DNA from: an uncultured Gemmatimonadota bacterium
Lineage (GTDB): Bacteria; Gemmatimonadota; Gemmatimonadetes; Palauibacterales; Palauibacteraceae
Length of the DNA stretch: 64,000 nt
Direction: 5' to 3'
Assembly (NCBI GenBank): GCA_964602635.1
Contig: CAZRRU010000131.1
Coordinates: 37,320-101,319, forward strand
The translations under genes were made by a program, and so were the position numbers. The notes under the pieces are model-generated. The model searched no databases. It was not told the origin of the DNA and worked only from the letters and a program-made list of their open reading frames with translations. Positions 1-10,105 of the stretch are shown one piece after another; the stretch's first letter is position 1; the number at the start of each line of letters is the position of its first letter.

Positions 1-1421
1 TCCAGGCCTGCCTCGTGTCGCTTCTCGCGGGCCAGGGTCTCCCGGATCTGGTCTCGGACTTCGTCGAAATCGAACGTCCCGCCGGGAACTCGTCCCGATA
101 CCTCGATCATGTGATAACCCGAGGCGTTCTGGAAGAACTCGCTGACCTCGTCGAGCGGAGAGAGTGGGTCGAGGGCCCAGTCCACCGCCACGCCCAGCGC
201 GCCTGCACCCGGAACGAAGTCGAAGCCCTCGGTCACCGTGACGTCCGCCGCGATCGGGACGCCGAGGGAGTCGGCGGCCCTGGCCAGCCCGTTGATCAGG
301 GCGGCGCCCTCGAACTCGTCCATGAGATCGAAGGTCTCATCCTCTCCATCGGGCGACAGCTCGATGGGGAGCAGGATGTGCGACACGGCGACGGTGTCGC
401 CCGTGCGTTCGGTGACGCTCAGGACGTGGAATCCCTGTGGGGACAGGACCGGCTCGGTAACGTCGCCTGCCTCCAGCCCGGCTACGGCTTCGTCGAAGGC
501 CGGAAGGAGCTGTCCCGGGCCGAATCGCCCAAGCTGACCGCCGGCCCCTCGGGTGGCGGCGTCAGCGGATGACTGGGCCGCCGCCTCTTCGAAGGTCATC
601 GTGCCATCCAGCACGGAGACACGGATCGAGTCCGCCAGCGCACGGGCGTACGCGGTGTCGCGCGCCCCGGGAGTAGTCGCGAAGCTCACGATGCTGATCG
701 TGGCCGTGGCCGGCCGCTCGTAGTCCTCGACGTGGTCCCGGTAATACGCGCGCATCTCCAACTCCGGGACATCGACCTGGAGGTCTCCGCTTGCCGGCAC
801 GGAGGCAAAAGTGACGGTGGCCGCCTCGTTGCGATCCCTGAACTCCTGCCACAGCTCGGCGTCGCTGATGGCTCCACCCTGCTGAAGCATCTGGCTGAGC
901 CTGGCCCGCGGGAGCGTCTGCCGGTAATACGACTCGATCTGGAGCAGGATCTGCTCGTCCACGCTCGGATCGGAGAAGAACTGCTGGTACTTGGCGTAGT
1001 CGAATACGCCGTCTGTCATGAATGCCGGATAGCGCATCAAGTCCGGCGGGGGCGACAGCCGGAATGCCTGCTGCACCTCGGCGTCCGTGACCGTGATCCC
1101 GAGCCTGTCTATCTCCTGCTGGATCAGGACCTCCTGGATCAGCTGATCCCAGGCCAGTCGCTCGACCTGGCGAGTTTCCTCGTCGGTCATCACGGCGCCG
1201 CCGCTTGCCACCCGAGCGTTGTTCAGGGCCACTTCGAGAGTGTTGCTCCACTGCACGTACCGGATCTCCTGGCCATTCACGACAGCGATCACGGGGTTGG
1301 CCCCCGTGGACGCCTGCGTGTCCCGGCTCTGAACCCAGTCGAGCACCAGCCACGCCGCGAAAGCCACGGCCAGGAAGACCATGATCCACTTCGTGTTCGC
1401 CCGAATCGAGCGCATCATCAT
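1..1421 (-). CDS. PpiD/SurA-like periplasmic chaperone with parvulin-type peptidyl-prolyl isomerase domain (3' end runs off the window; absent from the ORF track because it has no stop inside the window)
   Basis: Own translation of the unlisted minus frame from ATGATGATG ending at 1421: MMMRSIRANTKWIMVFLAVAFAAWLVL (membrane anchor) ... GGQLGRFGPGQLLPAFDEAVAGLEAGDVTEPVLSPQGFHVLSV (parvulin signature). The frame stays open to position 1. Confidence 0.8.
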   Translation of the reverse strand, partial: MMMRSIRANTKWIMVFLAVAFAAWLVLDWVQSRDTQASTGANPVIAVVNGQEIRYVQWSNTLEVALNNARVASGGAVMTDEETRQVERLAWDQLIQEVLIQQEIDRLGITVTDAEVQQAFRLSPPPDLMRYPAFMTDGVFDYAKYQQFFSDPSVDEQILLQIESYYRQTLPRARLSQMLQQGGAISDAELWQEFRDRNEAATVTFASVPASGDLQVDVPELEMRAYYRDHVEDYERPATATISIVSFATTPGARDTAYARALADSIRVSVLDGTMTFEEAAAQSSADAATRGAGGQLGRFGPGQLLPAFDEAVAGLEAGDVTEPVLSPQGFHVLSVTERTGDTVAVSHILLPIELSPDGEDETFDLMDEFEGAALINGLARAADSLGVPIAADVTVTEGFDFVPGAGALGVAVDWALDPLSPLDEVSEFFQNASGYHMIEVSGRVPGGTFDFDEVRDQIRETLAREKRHEAGL

Positions 1422-1584
1422 ACGACTACCGACTCCTTCTATGTCCTGATATCAGGAACGCGATCCAACATCGTTCGATGCGGGGTCGAGAACGCCCCTG
1501 TCGTCCGCCTCATGGCGGAAGAGGGAAGCGGAAAAACCTATTCCGACATGCCGGGACAGGCAATACGAACTGCCTTGGCGCGCG

Positions 1585-1614
1585 TTGACACTGGAGAACG
1601 CCGGCCGGTAACTT
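1585..1614 (+). promoter_or_regulatory. Candidate sigma70-type promoter for the TPR-aroQ-pepP string
   Basis: TTGACA (1585-1590), 18-nt spacer, TAACTT (1609-1614), about 60 nt upstream of the ATG at 1677, in a 255-nt divergent intergenic region. Confidence 0.35.
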
Positions 1615-1676
1615 CCTCGCGTTCCCGGGCCAGACCAGTGATTCCCCGATCCCGTTCAACGGACGCAGAATAAGCC

Positions 1677-2900
1677 ATGGGCCCCGATTCTTCTGCCAGC
1701 GACGAAATCCAGCGCTTCGAGGAACAGTATCGACGGCAGCCCGACACGCTGGTGTTCGCTCGCCTGGCGGACGCGTACAGGAAGGCCGGACAGCCCGAGA
1801 GGGCGCTGGCCGTGCTGGAGGATGGGCTCCTGCGGCATCCTGACTACCCGAGCGGGCATATCGTCAGGGCCCGGACGCTCCGCGACCTCGGCCGGGTCGA
1901 CGAGACGCTTGAGTCGTTTCGGCGCGTTCTCGAGCTGGACGGTGGGAATCTCGTGGCGATCATGGAGCTGGCGGGCCTGGCTGACGAGCGAGGGGACGCC
2001 GATGAAGCCCTCCACTGGTACGGACAGCTGGTGCAGATCGATCCGACCAACCTCGAGGCGCGGAGGCGACTGACGGAGTTGGAATCCGATCTGGCCGAGC
2101 CGGAAGAGAAGAGCCCGGATGGGGAGGACTCGAGGCCCTGGTGGGATGACTCTGCGGTCACCCTCGACGAGGGAGACGTCCAGGCCTGGTGGAGCGATTC
2201 GGCTGCCGGCATCGCGGATAGTGTCGGGGAGGAGCCCCCAGGTCAGGAGCCGGCCGTGGACCTCGGCGCGGGCGAGGCGCCGTCACCCGATCAGCCCCCG
2301 GATGAGCTCCAGCCTGCGGACGAGGTCGTAGATGCCATCCTGAACGGACACGTTCTTCAGACGGTCAAGGCCGAGGATACGTGGTGGTTCGAAGATGAGC
2401 CCGAAGCCACGGAGCCGGAGCCGTCACAGGATGCAGATCTCCTGACCCGCACGATGGCCGATCTGTACGCGGAGCAGGGTCTCGATCGCGAGGCCGCAGA
2501 GATCTACGAGGAACTGTTGAAAGATTCGCCCGGCGATCCCGAGCTTGTGGCACGGCTCGAGGCGCTGAGGGACAAGGGCTGGCCGGCCCCGGGGGTGCCC
2601 GCCGACCCTGGTGGGGCGCTCTCCGTGGATGCCGGCGGTGAAGGGCCGGCGGCTTCGGATGGAGAAGGGGTGCCCGCCCCGCTTGGCCGCCCGACGGGCC
2701 TCCCGGTTGCGGAGGAGCTGCGCCGCCTGCTGCGCATGGGCGAGGAACACGCCGGTGGTCTGCCCGATCCCGATCCCGGTCCCGACTCCGGTTCGGATCC
2801 CGATCCGGGCCCCGGTCCCGATATCGAGTCCGTGGAGCCGGATCAGGGTCCCAGCGGCCCGGCTCTCGACTGGATCCAGAGGCTAAAGGCGGACTCGTGA
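1677..2900 (+). CDS. TPR-repeat protein with acidic/Pro-rich C-terminal half
   Basis: TPR-like helix pairs (ARLADAYRKAGQPERALAVLEDGLLRHPDY; HWYGQLVQIDPTNLEARRRL; ADLYAEQGLDREAAEIYEELLKDSPGDPE). The stop overlaps the aroQ GTG start (GTGA). Confidence 0.8.
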   Translation: MGPDSSASDEIQRFEEQYRRQPDTLVFARLADAYRKAGQPERALAVLEDGLLRHPDYPSGHIVRARTLRDLGRVDETLESFRRVLELDGGNLVAIMELAGLADERGDADEALHWYGQLVQIDPTNLEARRRLTELESDLAEPEEKSPDGEDSRPWWDDSAVTLDEGDVQAWWSDSAAGIADSVGEEPPGQEPAVDLGAGEAPSPDQPPDELQPADEVVDAILNGHVLQTVKAEDTWWFEDEPEATEPEPSQDADLLTRTMADLYAEQGLDREAAEIYEELLKDSPGDPELVARLEALRDKGWPAPGVPADPGGALSVDAGGEGPAASDGEGVPAPLGRPTGLPVAEELRRLLRMGEEHAGGLPDPDPGPDSGSDPDPGPGPDIESVEPDQGPSGPALDWIQRLKADS

Positions 2901-3352
2901 CGCTCCCGGACCTGGCCGTCGGGGTCCTGAACGGCCCGAACCTGGACCTGCTGGGCGCCCGCGAACCGCAGCTGTATGGGGACGACGGACTGAGCGGCAT
3001 ACTCTCGGCGCTGGAGGGGCTGGGAACGGAGCTAGGGGCTCGGATCACGACGAAGCAGTCCAACCACGAAGGGGAGTTGGCCGACTGGGTGCGTGACGTG
3101 GGGTCCCGTCAGGACGGCATGCTGGTCAACGCGGCCGCTTACACACACACGAGCGTCGCCCTCCGAGATGCGCTTCTCGCCGCCGCCGTGCCTTTCGTCG
3201 AGGTTCATCTGACCAACATCTGGGCGCGGGAGCCGTTCCGCCATCACTCGCTTCTCTCGGACATCGCGGTCGGAATCGTGAGCGGTTTCGGTCGGGACAG
3301 CTACCTGCTCGGACTGAGGGCTCTCGCCGCTCATCTGCGTCCTGACGCGTGA
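2897..3352 (+). CDS. aroQ: 3-dehydroquinate dehydratase, type II
   Basis: LNGPNLDLLGAREPQLYG, NHEGELADWV, NAAAYTHTSVALRDAL, VEVHLTNIWAREPFRHHS are hallmark AroQ motifs. Confidence 0.93.
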   Translation: MTLPDLAVGVLNGPNLDLLGAREPQLYGDDGLSGILSALEGLGTELGARITTKQSNHEGELADWVRDVGSRQDGMLVNAAAYTHTSVALRDALLAAAVPFVEVHLTNIWAREPFRHHSLLSDIAVGIVSGFGRDSYLLGLRALAAHLRPDA

Positions 3353-4449
3353 GCGCCGAGGCCGCCTGGGACGCCCGTGGTCTGAGGCTGCGAAACGTCC
3401 GCGATCGATTGCACGATTCGCGCCTGGACGCCCTCCTCGTCAGCCACCTCCCGAGTATCCGCTGGCTTTCCGGCTTCACAGGCTCCTCAGCGTTCCTGAT
3501 CGTCGAGCCGGGATCCGCGACGCTGATCACGGACTTCAGGTACCGTACTCAGGCCTCCGAGGAGATATGGGACGGTGTCTCGATCGCGATCGCCGGATCC
3601 GATCTCTTCGGAGAAGTGGCGCGCTGCTTGGATGAGGGGGAATCCGGTCCAAGGGTAGGCTTCGAGGACCACAGCCTCACCGTCCGGGACCGCCGCGCCC
3701 TGGGCGAGTGTTGCGGTGGCGTAATGTGGGAGCCGTCCGGTCCCCTGGTTGATGAACTGCGCTCAGCCAAAGATTCCGGGGAGATCGAGTCGATCACCCG
3801 GGCCGTGCGGCTTGCCGAGCGGGCGCTGGAGGATCTCCTGGGCGTCGTCGCGGAGGGGGTGTCGGAAAGAGATCTGGCCGCGGAGCTCGTCTATCGCCTC
3901 CGGCTGACCGGCTCGGAGTCCAATCCGTTCGATCCCATCGTGGCGTCGGGGCCGCGGAGCGCTCTGCCGCATGCGAAGCCGGGCGGGCGGAGATTGGAGG
4001 AGGGTGACCTGCTTCTCCTCGATTTCGGGGCCACGGTCGAGGGTTACTGTTCGGACATGACGCGCACCTTCGTACTGGGTCCGCCGGCTGCCTGGCAGCG
4101 CGAGATCCATGCGGTGGTCTCGGAAGCCGTGTACGCGGCTGTCGCGGCCACCCAGGCGGGCGTGCCCGCCCGGGAGGTGGATCGCGCGGCGCGCGGAGTC
4201 ATCGCGGACGCCGGATTCGGGGACCGTTTCGGCCATGGGACCGGTCACGGGGTCGGCCTCGAGGTGCACGAGAGGCCGAGCGTGAACTCCCGCTCGCGGG
4301 AAACCCTGCGCGCCGGAAGCGTGGTCACGATCGAGCCCGCGGTGTATCTTCCGGGCCGAGGTGGAGTCAGGCTGGAGGAAATGGTGGTGGCGGGCGAAGG
4401 CGGCTGTGAGGTGCTGACCAGCTTCCCTCTCGTCCTGAGAGAGCTCTGA
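3349..4449 (+). CDS. Xaa-Pro aminopeptidase / M24 family metallopeptidase
   Basis: Creatinase-like N-domain plus M24 core with metal ligands (DFGATVEGYCSDMTRT, HGTGHGVGLEVHE, TIEPAVY). GTGA overlap with aroQ. Confidence 0.88.
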   Translation: MSAEAAWDARGLRLRNVRDRLHDSRLDALLVSHLPSIRWLSGFTGSSAFLIVEPGSATLITDFRYRTQASEEIWDGVSIAIAGSDLFGEVARCLDEGESGPRVGFEDHSLTVRDRRALGECCGGVMWEPSGPLVDELRSAKDSGEIESITRAVRLAERALEDLLGVVAEGVSERDLAAELVYRLRLTGSESNPFDPIVASGPRSALPHAKPGGRRLEEGDLLLLDFGATVEGYCSDMTRTFVLGPPAAWQREIHAVVSEAVYAAVAATQAGVPAREVDRAARGVIADAGFGDRFGHGTGHGVGLEVHERPSVNSRSRETLRAGSVVTIEPAVYLPGRGGVRLEEMVVAGEGGCEVLTSFPLVLREL

Positions 4450-4517
4450 GAGAGCGGTCGGGAGCCGAGTCACCTGCAGGGCCAGCGGGAACGTAGAAAC
4501 GGATCACGGGACGGATA

Positions 4518-5084
4518 ATGGCGGATACATCGAGTTTCAGAAACGGAATGGTGATTGAGCTCGACGGGACGCTCTACCAGATCACCTACTTTCAGCACGT
4601 GAAGCCCGGCAAAGGTGGAGCCTTCGTGCGCACCAAGATCAAGTCCGTGCTCACCGGGGGCGTGGTGGACAAGACGTTCAGGGCTGGAGAGAAGGTGACG
4701 GAAGTCCGGCTGGTGAGGCGGCCGATCCAGTACTCCTACACCGATGGAAGCCTGTACTACTTCATGGACATGGAGACGTACGAGATGACTCCTCTCTCTG
4801 CGGATATCGTCGGAGAGGATCAGCTGCCGTACCTCGAGGAGAACATGGAGTGCGAGGGGCTCACTAGGGACGGCAGCGTCCTGGCGGTGGAGCTTCCCCA
4901 GTTCGTCGAGCTCGAGGTCGTCGAGACCGAGCCCGGCGTGAAAGGCGACACGGCGCAGGGAGGCACGAAACCGGCACGGCTCGGGCCCGGGGCCGTCGTC
5001 CAGGTTCCCCTGTTCGTCAATCAGGGCGATGTGATCAAGGTGGATCGAAACACGGACAAATACCTCGAACGGGTGGCCCGATGA
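4518..5084 (+). CDS. efp: Elongation factor P
   Basis: FRNGMVIELDGTLYQITYFQHVKPGKGGAFVRTKIK is the canonical EF-P N-terminus with the KPGKG loop. Confidence 0.97.
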   Translation: MADTSSFRNGMVIELDGTLYQITYFQHVKPGKGGAFVRTKIKSVLTGGVVDKTFRAGEKVTEVRLVRRPIQYSYTDGSLYYFMDMETYEMTPLSADIVGEDQLPYLEENMECEGLTRDGSVLAVELPQFVELEVVETEPGVKGDTAQGGTKPARLGPGAVVQVPLFVNQGDVIKVDRNTDKYLERVAR

Positions 5085-5569
5085 TCGACCTCGACTGGAT
5101 TCGACGTCTGATCGACATGGTGGACGGGTCGGGGATCGACTCGCTGGAGATCTCCCGACTCGGCACGCGTGTCAGGATCGCTAAATCACCGCCGGTGGCG
5201 GTATCGTCAGCTGCCGTATCGGCAGCCCCCTCGGTCGGGCCGGTCGCCGGCAGTCCACCGTCGGCTCCCGTCGCGCCTGCCGCACCCGATTCACAAGCAC
5301 AGGAAGCCGAGGGTGACTCCGACACGGGCCTCGCGGAGGTCACGTCACCGATGGTCGGCACGTTCTACCGGGCTCCGGCACCGGACGCGCCGCCCTACGT
5401 CGAGACCGGCGATCGGGTGGAAAAGGGCCAGACCGTGTGCATCCTCGAGGCCATGAAGCTCATGAACGAGCTGGAGGCCGAGGTGTCGGGCACGATTCGC
5501 GAGATCTGCGTGGACAACTCTGAACCGGTCGAATTCGGTCAGGTCCTGTTCCGAATCGATCCTACCTGA
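5081..5569 (+). CDS. accB: Acetyl-CoA carboxylase biotin carboxyl carrier protein
   Basis: Ala/Pro-rich linker and biotinyl domain with the [12 protein letters not shown] motif. ATGA overlap with efp. Confidence 0.95.
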   Translation: MIDLDWIRRLIDMVDGSGIDSLEISRLGTRVRIAKSPPVAVSSAAVSAAPSVGPVAGSPPSAPVAPAAPDSQAQEAEGDSDTGLAEVTSPMVGTFYRAPAPDAPPYVETGDRVEKGQTVCILEAMKLMNELEAEVSGTIREICVDNSEPVEFGQVLFRIDPT

Positions 5570-5582
5570 GTCTGTCCGAAGC

Positions 5583-6920
5583 GTGTTCAAGAAGATACTG
5601 ATCGCCAATCGGGGCGAGATCGCGCTACGAGTGATCCGCGCATGCCGTGAGTTGGGCATCGGCGCGGTAGCCGTGTACTCGGAGGCCGATCGAGACTCCC
5701 TGCACGTCCGATTCTCGGATGAGGACATCTGTATCGGTCCCGCCGCGAGCCGCGAGAGCTATCTGAACATCCCGCGGATCGTGGCTGCCGCTGAAATCAC
5801 CGGCGCCGAGGCGATACATCCAGGCTACGGATTCCTCGCCGAGAACGCGGAATTCGCGGAGATCTGCGACCGCAGCGGGCTCGTGTTCATCGGCCCGACG
5901 GCCGACCAGATCCGACGCATGGGAGACAAGGCCGAGGCCCGCCGAACGATGATCGAGGCCGGTGTGCCGGTGGTTCCGGGGTCCAAAGGGGCCGTGGACG
6001 ATGTCGAGGCAGCGCGTGCCGAGGCCGAGCGGATCGGTTTCCCGGTGATCATCAAGGCGGCGGCCGGTGGCGGCGGCAAGGGCATGCGCGTGGCCGAGTC
6101 GGCCGATGTGATCGAGAACACGTTCACGATGGCGCGAAACGAGGCAGCGGCGGCCTTCAACGATGCGCGTGTCTACATCGAGCGCTTCGTCCAGCGTCCG
6201 CGCCACGTCGAGATCCAGGTCATGGGGGACCAGCACGGCAACCTGATTCACCTCGGCGAGCGGGACTGCTCGATCCAGAGGCGGCACCAGAAGCTGATCG
6301 AGGAGTCGCCCAGCCCGGCGATCACGCCGGAGACGCGGCAGGCCATGGGGGAGGCGGCGATCCTGGCTGGCCGTGCGATCGACTATTCGAATGCCGGAAC
6401 GGTAGAGTTTCTGCTCGCGGAGAGCGGGGACTTCTTCTTCATGGAAATGAATACCCGCATCCAGGTAGAGCATCCCGTCACCGAGATGGTCACGGGTGTG
6501 GACCTGGTGAAGGAACAGATCCGGTCCGCCGCCGGTGAACGCATCGGAGGTCCACCCACGCTCTCGGGGCACGCGATCGAGTGCCGGATCAACGCGGAGG
6601 ATCCTGCGCACGACTTCCGACCATCCCCGGGGAAGATCACCGCGTTCCACGCGCCTGGCGGGCCGGGAATCCGCATCGATACGCACGTGTATGCCGGCTA
6701 TTCGGTCCCACCGTACTACGATTCGCTCCTCGGCAAGCTGATCGCCTACGGAAGCACCCGGGAGGAGGCCCTTGGGAGGGCATACCAGGCCCTCGAGGAG
6801 TTCATCATCGAGGGCGTGAAGACTACGATTCCGTTCCTGCGGGAGGTGCTCCGGCACCCCGAATTCGTCGCCGGAACCGTGGACACTCACTTCCTGGAGC
6901 GCATGCGGGAGGCCGGGTGA
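5583..6920 (+). CDS. accC: Acetyl-CoA carboxylase biotin carboxylase subunit
   Basis: [29 protein letters not shown]-grasp core [26 protein letters not shown] start. Confidence 0.97.
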   Translation: MFKKILIANRGEIALRVIRACRELGIGAVAVYSEADRDSLHVRFSDEDICIGPAASRESYLNIPRIVAAAEITGAEAIHPGYGFLAENAEFAEICDRSGLVFIGPTADQIRRMGDKAEARRTMIEAGVPVVPGSKGAVDDVEAARAEAERIGFPVIIKAAAGGGGKGMRVAESADVIENTFTMARNEAAAAFNDARVYIERFVQRPRHVEIQVMGDQHGNLIHLGERDCSIQRRHQKLIEESPSPAITPETRQAMGEAAILAGRAIDYSNAGTVEFLLAESGDFFFMEMNTRIQVEHPVTEMVTGVDLVKEQIRSAAGERIGGPPTLSGHAIECRINAEDPAHDFRPSPGKITAFHAPGGPGIRIDTHVYAGYSVPPYYDSLLGKLIAYGSTREEALGRAYQALEEFIIEGVKTTIPFLREVLRHPEFVAGTVDTHFLERMREAG

Positions 6921-6930
6921 TGAGGGACGG

Positions 6931-9324
6931 GTGGCCCGCGCCGGAAGGTCGGCGACCGTGAACGAGCGGCAGCGTCGGGAGGCACTGGGGGTGGGGCTGG
7001 TCGCACTGGGCGTGCTCGTCACGCTAGCGCTCGTACCACAGCTGTTGCCCGGGCGGGCGGAATCCGGGAACCTGATCGGGCCCGCCGGCGAGTTCCTCAG
7101 CCTTGGTCTCAACACCGTGTTCGGCGTGTCCTCCGTCCTCGTGGCCTTGCCCGCTTTCGTCTGGGCTCTTTGGGGCTTCGGGACCCTGGACCAGAAGGCG
7201 GCCGTCCGGTGGTCCGTCCTGTCGGTCGGCGCGATGCTCCTGGTCCCGGCCGGCTGGTGGCTGCTCACCCAGGCCCTGGGCGCGAGTGGAGACGGGGCGG
7301 GTTGGCTGGGCCAGGCGACGGCCGGCGTCCTGGCGGGCGCCTTCGGGACCCTGGGCGCGCAGCTGATCGTCGCGGCGTTCGTAGCCGCTCTGATCGTGTT
7401 GACTCTCGGAGTATCACCACACCGGGCCGCGGAGCTGGCCGGCCGGGGCGCTCGCTGGCTGATCCGCGTGACCTGGAGGGGGCTCCAGGCAGTGGGCGGA
7501 ATGGCTGGCCGGTGGTGGTCGGCCTGGCGAGCGCGAGAGGCCGCCTCGGGCCCCGACTCTTCTCTGTGGGAGCCGCCGTCTGCCGTGGAGGAGCAAGAGG
7601 CGGAAGTGGAGGCCGTCGCGGAGCCGGAGACCGGACGCGACGAAGACGCGGATGCTGCGGAGCGAATCCCCGAGGATACGACGCCGCACTTACCCGAGTA
7701 CGGCGATCCGTCCGATGACGAGCTGCCACCCCTCGACCTTCTGAAACTGCCCACGCGAACCGGGTCAGGACTGGCCAGCAGCCAGCTCGAGCGTCTCGGA
7801 CAGATCCTCATCGACAAGCTCGCCACCTTCCGAGTCGAAGGGACCATCGGGGGGTGGACGACGGGGCCGGTCGTCACACAGTTCGAGGTCATTCCGGCGG
7901 AAGGAGTGAAGGTAGGTCAGATCGCGGCGCTGGCGGACGACCTGGCCCTCGCTCTCAAGGCCCCATCAGTCCGCATCGTGGCTCCCATTCCGGGGAAGGG
8001 AGCGGTCGGAGTGGAGGTGCCGAATCCCGAGCCGGAGATCGTGAAGCTGCGGGAAATCCTGGAATCTCCAGGCTGGCAGAAGTACAGGGGCGCTCTACCC
8101 CTGGGCCTGGGGCGGGATCTGGACGGCAATCCGTGTACAGCGGACCTCGCCAAGATGCCGCACTTGCTGATCGCGGGGGCTACCGGGTCGGGCAAGTCGG
8201 TGTGCATCAATACGATCGTCACCAGCCTGGTCTACCGGTATTCGCCCCGGGATCTCAGACTCTTGATGGTCGACCCGAAAATGGTGGAGTTGATCGTCTA
8301 CAACGATCTGCCACACCTTCGCCATCCGGTGGTTACGGACAACAACGATGCGGCGTCCGTGCTCCGATGGACGGTGCACGAGATGGGGCGGCGCTACAAG
8401 CTCCTGTCCGCGAATGCGTGTCGCAACGTGGTGGAGCTCAACCGGAGGATTCGCGCCGGGGATGAGCTCGAGCGCCCCGTGGGGTGGGGAAAAGGGACGT
8501 ACGAGGAGGGCACGCTGCCCTACATCGTACTCGTGATCGACGAGTTGGCTGACCTCATGATGACCGTCCAGGGTGAGGTGGAGACGCCGCTCGCGATACT
8601 GGCCCAGAAGGCTCGCGCGGTGGGAATCCACCTCGTGGTGGCCACTCAGCGTCCGTCCGTCAACGTGATCACGGGACTGATCAAGGCCAACTTCCCGTGC
8701 CGGATCGCGTTCCGTGTGGCTTCCAAAACCGACAGCCGGACGATCATCGACCAGAACGGGGCGGAGAGTCTCCTCGGCAACGGCGACATGCTGTTCCTGG
8801 AGCCCGCGGAGTCGGATCCACACAGGATTCAGGGCGCGTTTCTGGATACTGAGGAGACAGAGCGCCTGATCGCCTGGTACAGGGAGCGGGCGGTTGCCCG
8901 GGCCGAGCGGGAGTCGGAAGAGCTGGACATCCTCGAGGAGGTCCGGGAGCTCGAGCTCGAGGAGAGCCAGGTCGATGTCAGCGACGAGGTAATGGCGGAA
9001 TGGGACCCGTACTTCCGCAAGGCGGCGGAAATCGTGATCCACAACGGTGCCGGGTCCACCAGCCTTCTGCAGCGCCGTCTGAAGATTGGATACGGCCGGG
9101 CGGCACGTATCATCGACCAGCTTCACGAGGTTGGCGTGCTGGGGCCGCCCGACGGATCCCGGCCGCGCGAAGTACTGATCTCGCTCGTGAAGCTGGACTC
9201 GGTGCTGCGCGGAGATGATCTGCTCGCCGAGGCGGCGGACGCCGCTTCGGTGGTCGCAGAGGAGGGGGAAGGGGCGGGTGCGGAACACGGGAACCTCGGA
9301 ACGGCATCGGACGCGCAAGGGTAG
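6931..9324 (+). CDS. ftsK: DNA translocase FtsK
   Basis: N-terminal TM helices, Pro/acidic linker, motor domain with Walker A GATGSGKSVCIN and Walker B VLVIDELADLMM, and a C-terminal gamma winged helix (GAGSTSLLQRRLKIGYGRAARIIDQL). Confidence 0.95.
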   Translation: MARAGRSATVNERQRREALGVGLVALGVLVTLALVPQLLPGRAESGNLIGPAGEFLSLGLNTVFGVSSVLVALPAFVWALWGFGTLDQKAAVRWSVLSVGAMLLVPAGWWLLTQALGASGDGAGWLGQATAGVLAGAFGTLGAQLIVAAFVAALIVLTLGVSPHRAAELAGRGARWLIRVTWRGLQAVGGMAGRWWSAWRAREAASGPDSSLWEPPSAVEEQEAEVEAVAEPETGRDEDADAAERIPEDTTPHLPEYGDPSDDELPPLDLLKLPTRTGSGLASSQLERLGQILIDKLATFRVEGTIGGWTTGPVVTQFEVIPAEGVKVGQIAALADDLALALKAPSVRIVAPIPGKGAVGVEVPNPEPEIVKLREILESPGWQKYRGALPLGLGRDLDGNPCTADLAKMPHLLIAGATGSGKSVCINTIVTSLVYRYSPRDLRLLMVDPKMVELIVYNDLPHLRHPVVTDNNDAASVLRWTVHEMGRRYKLLSANACRNVVELNRRIRAGDELERPVGWGKGTYEEGTLPYIVLVIDELADLMMTVQGEVETPLAILAQKARAVGIHLVVATQRPSVNVITGLIKANFPCRIAFRVASKTDSRTIIDQNGAESLLGNGDMLFLEPAESDPHRIQGAFLDTEETERLIAWYRERAVARAERESEELDILEEVRELELEESQVDVSDEVMAEWDPYFRKAAEIVIHNGAGSTSLLQRRLKIGYGRAARIIDQLHEVGVLGPPDGSRPREVLISLVKLDSVLRGDDLLAEAADAASVVAEEGEGAGAEHGNLGTASDAQG

Positions 9325-9371
9325 ATACGGGCCGAACGACAGGTCACACGGCCCGAAACCGGGGAGGGGAA

Positions 9372-10094
9372 GTGAGCCAGCTGCGACATACGACCACGAG
9401 CGGCGTGCCAGGCGTCGGAGGACGCCGGGCGGCAGTCGTGTTGGCCCTTTTCCTGTTCCTTCCGGGGCAGACAGCGGGCCAGGAAGCCGACACGGCGTTG
9501 CCGGATGTGCAGGTCCTGCTGGACCGGGCGCGGGGGGTGTACGCTGGCCTCACGTCCATGCAAGCCGTCTTCGAGCAGACGATCGAGATCCCCCTGCTGG
9601 GCAGGCGGAGGGACGGGAGCGGATCGTGGTACCAGAAGGGACCGGGCCGCTTCAAGATGGACTTCGCGGATCCGGATGGGGACGTGATCGTGGCCGACGG
9701 CCAGTATCTGTGGCTGTATTACCCGAGCACGCATCCCGGTCAGGTCATTCGGTCGGCGATCGACGCCAACGTGACCGGCGCCGGGATGGTCGACCTGCAG
9801 GGCCGTATCTTCGAGGAAGCCGACACCGCCTATTACGCGGTCCTCCAGGGCTCTGAGGACGTGAAGGGGCACGCTACCTGGCGGATCGCTCTCACCCCCA
9901 CAGGTGAGTCTCCCTATCGGCGAGTTCGGGTCTGGGTTGACGAGGCCTCATTCCTGGTGCGCCGATTCGAGATTCTCGAGGAAAACGAGACGGTGCGAAC
10001 CGTGATCCTGGACGAGCTCAGGCCGAACGACCCGATCGCGGATTCCGTGTTCGAGTTCGTCCCCCCCGAGGACACCGACGTGTTCGAAGGCTGA
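9372..10094 (+). CDS. lolA: LolA-like outer-membrane lipoprotein carrier protein
   Basis: Signal peptide, then a LolA-type half-barrel pattern (FEQTIEIPLLGRRRDGSGSWYQKGPGRFKMDF, DGQYLWLYYP). Shows the classical ftsK-lolA synteny. Confidence 0.75.
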   Translation: MSQLRHTTTSGVPGVGGRRAAVVLALFLFLPGQTAGQEADTALPDVQVLLDRARGVYAGLTSMQAVFEQTIEIPLLGRRRDGSGSWYQKGPGRFKMDFADPDGDVIVADGQYLWLYYPSTHPGQVIRSAIDANVTGAGMVDLQGRIFEEADTAYYAVLQGSEDVKGHATWRIALTPTGESPYRRVRVWVDEASFLVRRFEILEENETVRTVILDELRPNDPIADSVFEFVPPEDTDVFEG

Positions 10095-10105
10095 ACGGTT
10101 CGCCT

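Noticed and set aside
2764-2823. cccgat-like microsatellite encoding DPDPGPDSGSDPDPGPGPD in the TPR protein tail, considered as a noteworthy repeat
   Set aside because: It is short, imperfect and in frame within an already disordered acidic/Pro-rich linker. There is no evidence of function beyond low complexity.
5625-7892. 755-aa minus-strand ORF, the longest minus-strand entry in this part of the track
   Set aside because: It is antisense to accC and ftsK, both of which have unmistakable motifs. Its product is an Arg/Ser/Pro/Ala-rich low-complexity string, typical of shadow ORFs in high-GC DNA.
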